A DNA stretch of 64,000 bases, from assembly GCA_035763805.1 (NCBI GenBank), contig DASUAL010000133.1, positions 2,518 through 66,517 on the forward strand. The letters run 5' to 3'. Below, one piece after another: positions 62,466 to 64,000 of this stretch. The DNA is from Gemmatimonadales bacterium. Its GTDB lineage: Bacteria > Gemmatimonadota > Gemmatimonadetes > Gemmatimonadales > GWC2-71-9. The notes under the pieces were generated by a model. The model was given only the letters and a program-made list of their open reading frames with translations, ran no database searches and was not told the DNA's origin. The translations under genes were made by a program, and so were the position numbers. Every line of letters starts with the position of its first letter. Positions within the stretch are counted from its first letter, which is position 1.

Positions 62466-64000
62466 ACCTCGCCGCCTTTTCGGTCAAGAACTACCAGTTC
62501 ACAGTCGTCCTCTTCGTCATGCTCGTGGCGCTCGGGCTCAGCTCGTGGCTCAGCATCCCGCGCAGCGAGGACCCGCCGCTCGACTTCCCGACGTTGACGG
62601 TTGTCGCCGTGTACCCGGGCGCGAGCCCTACGGACCTGGAGCGCCTCGTGGTGCGCGAGGCCGAAAAGCGGCTCCAGGAGCTCGAGAACGTGAAGCGGAT
62701 CCAGAGCCGCATGGTCGACGGGCTGGCGACGGTCCAGGCGGAGTTCCACGCCGACCAGGATCCCGAGAAGAAGTACGACGAGGTGGTGCGCGAGATGAAC
62801 GCCCTTCGGCCGGAGCTGCCGGCCGAGCTCACCCGCTTGACGGTCGAGAAAGCCACAACGCTCGACGTGGCGATCGCGCAGATCGCGCTCGTCGGGCCCA
62901 CCACACCGTATCGTGTCCTGGACCGGTTGGCGGAGGACCTCACCGATCGGCTGAGCGTCGTGCCGGGGGTCCGAACCGCCGAGCGATGGGGCGCGCCGGA
63001 GCGTCAGGTGGACGTGGAACTCGACCTTGGGCGGCTCAGCCGGATGCGCCTCCCACCCGGCCTCGCACTCCAGGCGATTGCGGGCGAGAGCGGCGATATC
63101 CCGAGCGGCAGCGTGGAGGCGGGCGCCCGGCGGTTCAACGTCAAAGCCAGCGGCAGCTACGCAACGCTGGACCAGATCCGCCAGACGGTAGTCCGCGGCG
63201 CACGCGACCGGCTGGTCCGCGTCGCCGACGTCGCGCAGGTGACGTGGGGGTACGCCGACTCCTCGTATCGCGCGCGCTACAACGGACAGCGCGCCATGTT
63301 CGTCACCGTTACGCAACAGAAGGGCGAGAACGTGGCCACGGTGCGCGACCGAGTCTGGACGGCGCTGGACGCGTTCCAGACGGGCCTTCCCCCAGGCGTG
63401 CGGATCGAGCGCGGCTTCGACCAGGCTCGGAACGTGTCCGCGCGGCTCGCCCGGCTGGGCGAGGACTTCCTCATCGCCATCGGCCTCGTGCTGATCACCT
63501 TGCTGCCCCTGGGGGTGCGCGCGGCGACGATCGTGATGGTGTCGATCCCGCTGTCGCTCGCGATCAGCGTCACCCTGCTCCACTGGACCGGCTTCACGAT
63601 CAACCAGCTCTCGATCGTCGGTGCCGTCATCGCGCTGGGCCTGCTCGTGGACGATTCGATCGTCGTGGTCGAGAACATCACGCGATTCCTGCGTGCGGGA
63701 CGCTCGCGGCGCGACGCGGCGATCGAGGCGACGAGGCAGATCACCGTCGCCGTCCTGGGCGCCACGGCGACACTGGTGTTCGCCTTCGTGCCCCTGCTGT
63801 TCCTCCCGGGCGGGCCGGGCATGTACATCCGGTCGCTTCCGGTGGCGGTGATCTCCACCGTGCTGGCGTCGCTGGTAGTGTCGCTCACCATCATCCCCTG
63901 GCTCGCGAGCTTGATCCTCAAGGACCACGGCCCAGCCGAGGGGAACCGTTTTCTGCGGGCGTTCGAGCGGGCGATCCACGGCGGCTACGCCCCGCTGCTG
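62462..64000 (+). CDS. Efflux RND transporter permease subunit (AcrB/CzcA superfamily), 3'-truncated by the window end
   Basis: Not in the ORF track because it runs off the window. Hand translation from the GTG at 62462 (GTGA overlap): VNLAAFSVKNYQFTVVLFVMLVALGLSSW...TLTVVAVYPGASPTDLE...ALGLLVDDSIVVVENI. Confidence 0.9.
   Translation, partial: MNLAAFSVKNYQFTVVLFVMLVALGLSSWLSIPRSEDPPLDFPTLTVVAVYPGASPTDLERLVVREAEKRLQELENVKRIQSRMVDGLATVQAEFHADQDPEKKYDEVVREMNALRPELPAELTRLTVEKATTLDVAIAQIALVGPTTPYRVLDRLAEDLTDRLSVVPGVRTAERWGAPERQVDVELDLGRLSRMRLPPGLALQAIAGESGDIPSGSVEAGARRFNVKASGSYATLDQIRQTVVRGARDRLVRVADVAQVTWGYADSSYRARYNGQRAMFVTVTQQKGENVATVRDRVWTALDAFQTGLPPGVRIERGFDQARNVSARLARLGEDFLIAIGLVLITLLPLGVRAATIVMVSIPLSLAISVTLLHWTGFTINQLSIVGAVIALGLLVDDSIVVVENITRFLRAGRSRRDAAIEATRQITVAVLGATATLVFAFVPLLFLPGGPGMYIRSLPVAVISTVLASLVVSLTIIPWLASLILKDHGPAEGNRFLRAFERAIHGGYAPLL

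Noticed and set aside
59740-63979. Minus-strand ORFs 59740..61338 (532 aa) and 62426..63979 (517 aa)
   Set aside because: They are antisense to the SDR/OMF and RND genes, whose products have clear family signatures.
1-64000. rRNA/tRNA/tmRNA genes, mobile elements, prophage, toxin-antitoxin or known defence systems
   Set aside because: I found no T-loop-like GGTTCGAATCC-type motifs outside coding regions. I also found no transposase, integrase, recombinase, nuclease-helicase or Cas-like proteins among the credible ORFs. The longest non-coding gaps are about 200 nt.

Overview
Very GC-rich (about 70% by eye, not computed) bacterial chromosomal segment, densely coding on both strands. I recognised no rRNA, tRNA, CRISPR array, transposase, integrase or phage genes. 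The gene content includes a TonB-dependent receptor with a carboxypeptidase-regulatory-like N-domain, TolC/MFP/RND and MacB-type efflux sets, UPF0182, and Ser/Thr kinases with TPR tails. This suggests a diderm such as Gemmatimonadota or Acidobacteriota, but that is inference only. About 70 features are called. Many ORF-track entries are antisense 'shadow' ORFs typical of high-GC DNA, and I rejected them. Main points of interest: (1) At 0.2-8 kb an Fe-S-type Rrf2 regulator sits at an AT-rich palindromic divergent promoter. On one side is a ba3-like (IIa-II-I-SCO) haem-copper enzyme whose subunit I lacks the His-Tyr cross-link tyrosine (GHASQQ), making it a candidate NO reductase. On the other side is an unusual fusion of di-haem cytochrome b, 2x[4Fe-4S] and an MvhD-like domain, in an operon with a Zn-finger thioredoxin and a TM2 protein. 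(2) A rhodanese gene is interrupted by one in-frame TGA next to the active-site Cys and is otherwise fully open. It is either a selenocysteine candidate or a very recent nonsense mutation. (3) A co-directional seven-gene cluster carries three WTAAC-N3-GTTAT operators next to a TetR gene. It encodes a small secreted protein with three 'RALLNR' repeats, an exported JAB/MPN-like protein, an SDR and an OMF-MFP-RND pump. (4) A 2.5-kb 'graveyard' of signalling genes (MHYT-PAS-LuxR, a histidine kinase, a receiver) is broken by multiple frameshifts and internal deletions. (5) A GH3 / TonB receptor / glucoamylase-like (possibly GH144) glucan-utilisation locus. (6) Sequence oddities: a strong G-quadruplex tract, an 8-bp x5 tandem repeat, a frameshifted SRPBCC gene and a probable CTG start. 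All domain calls come from motif reading by eye; no searches were run.
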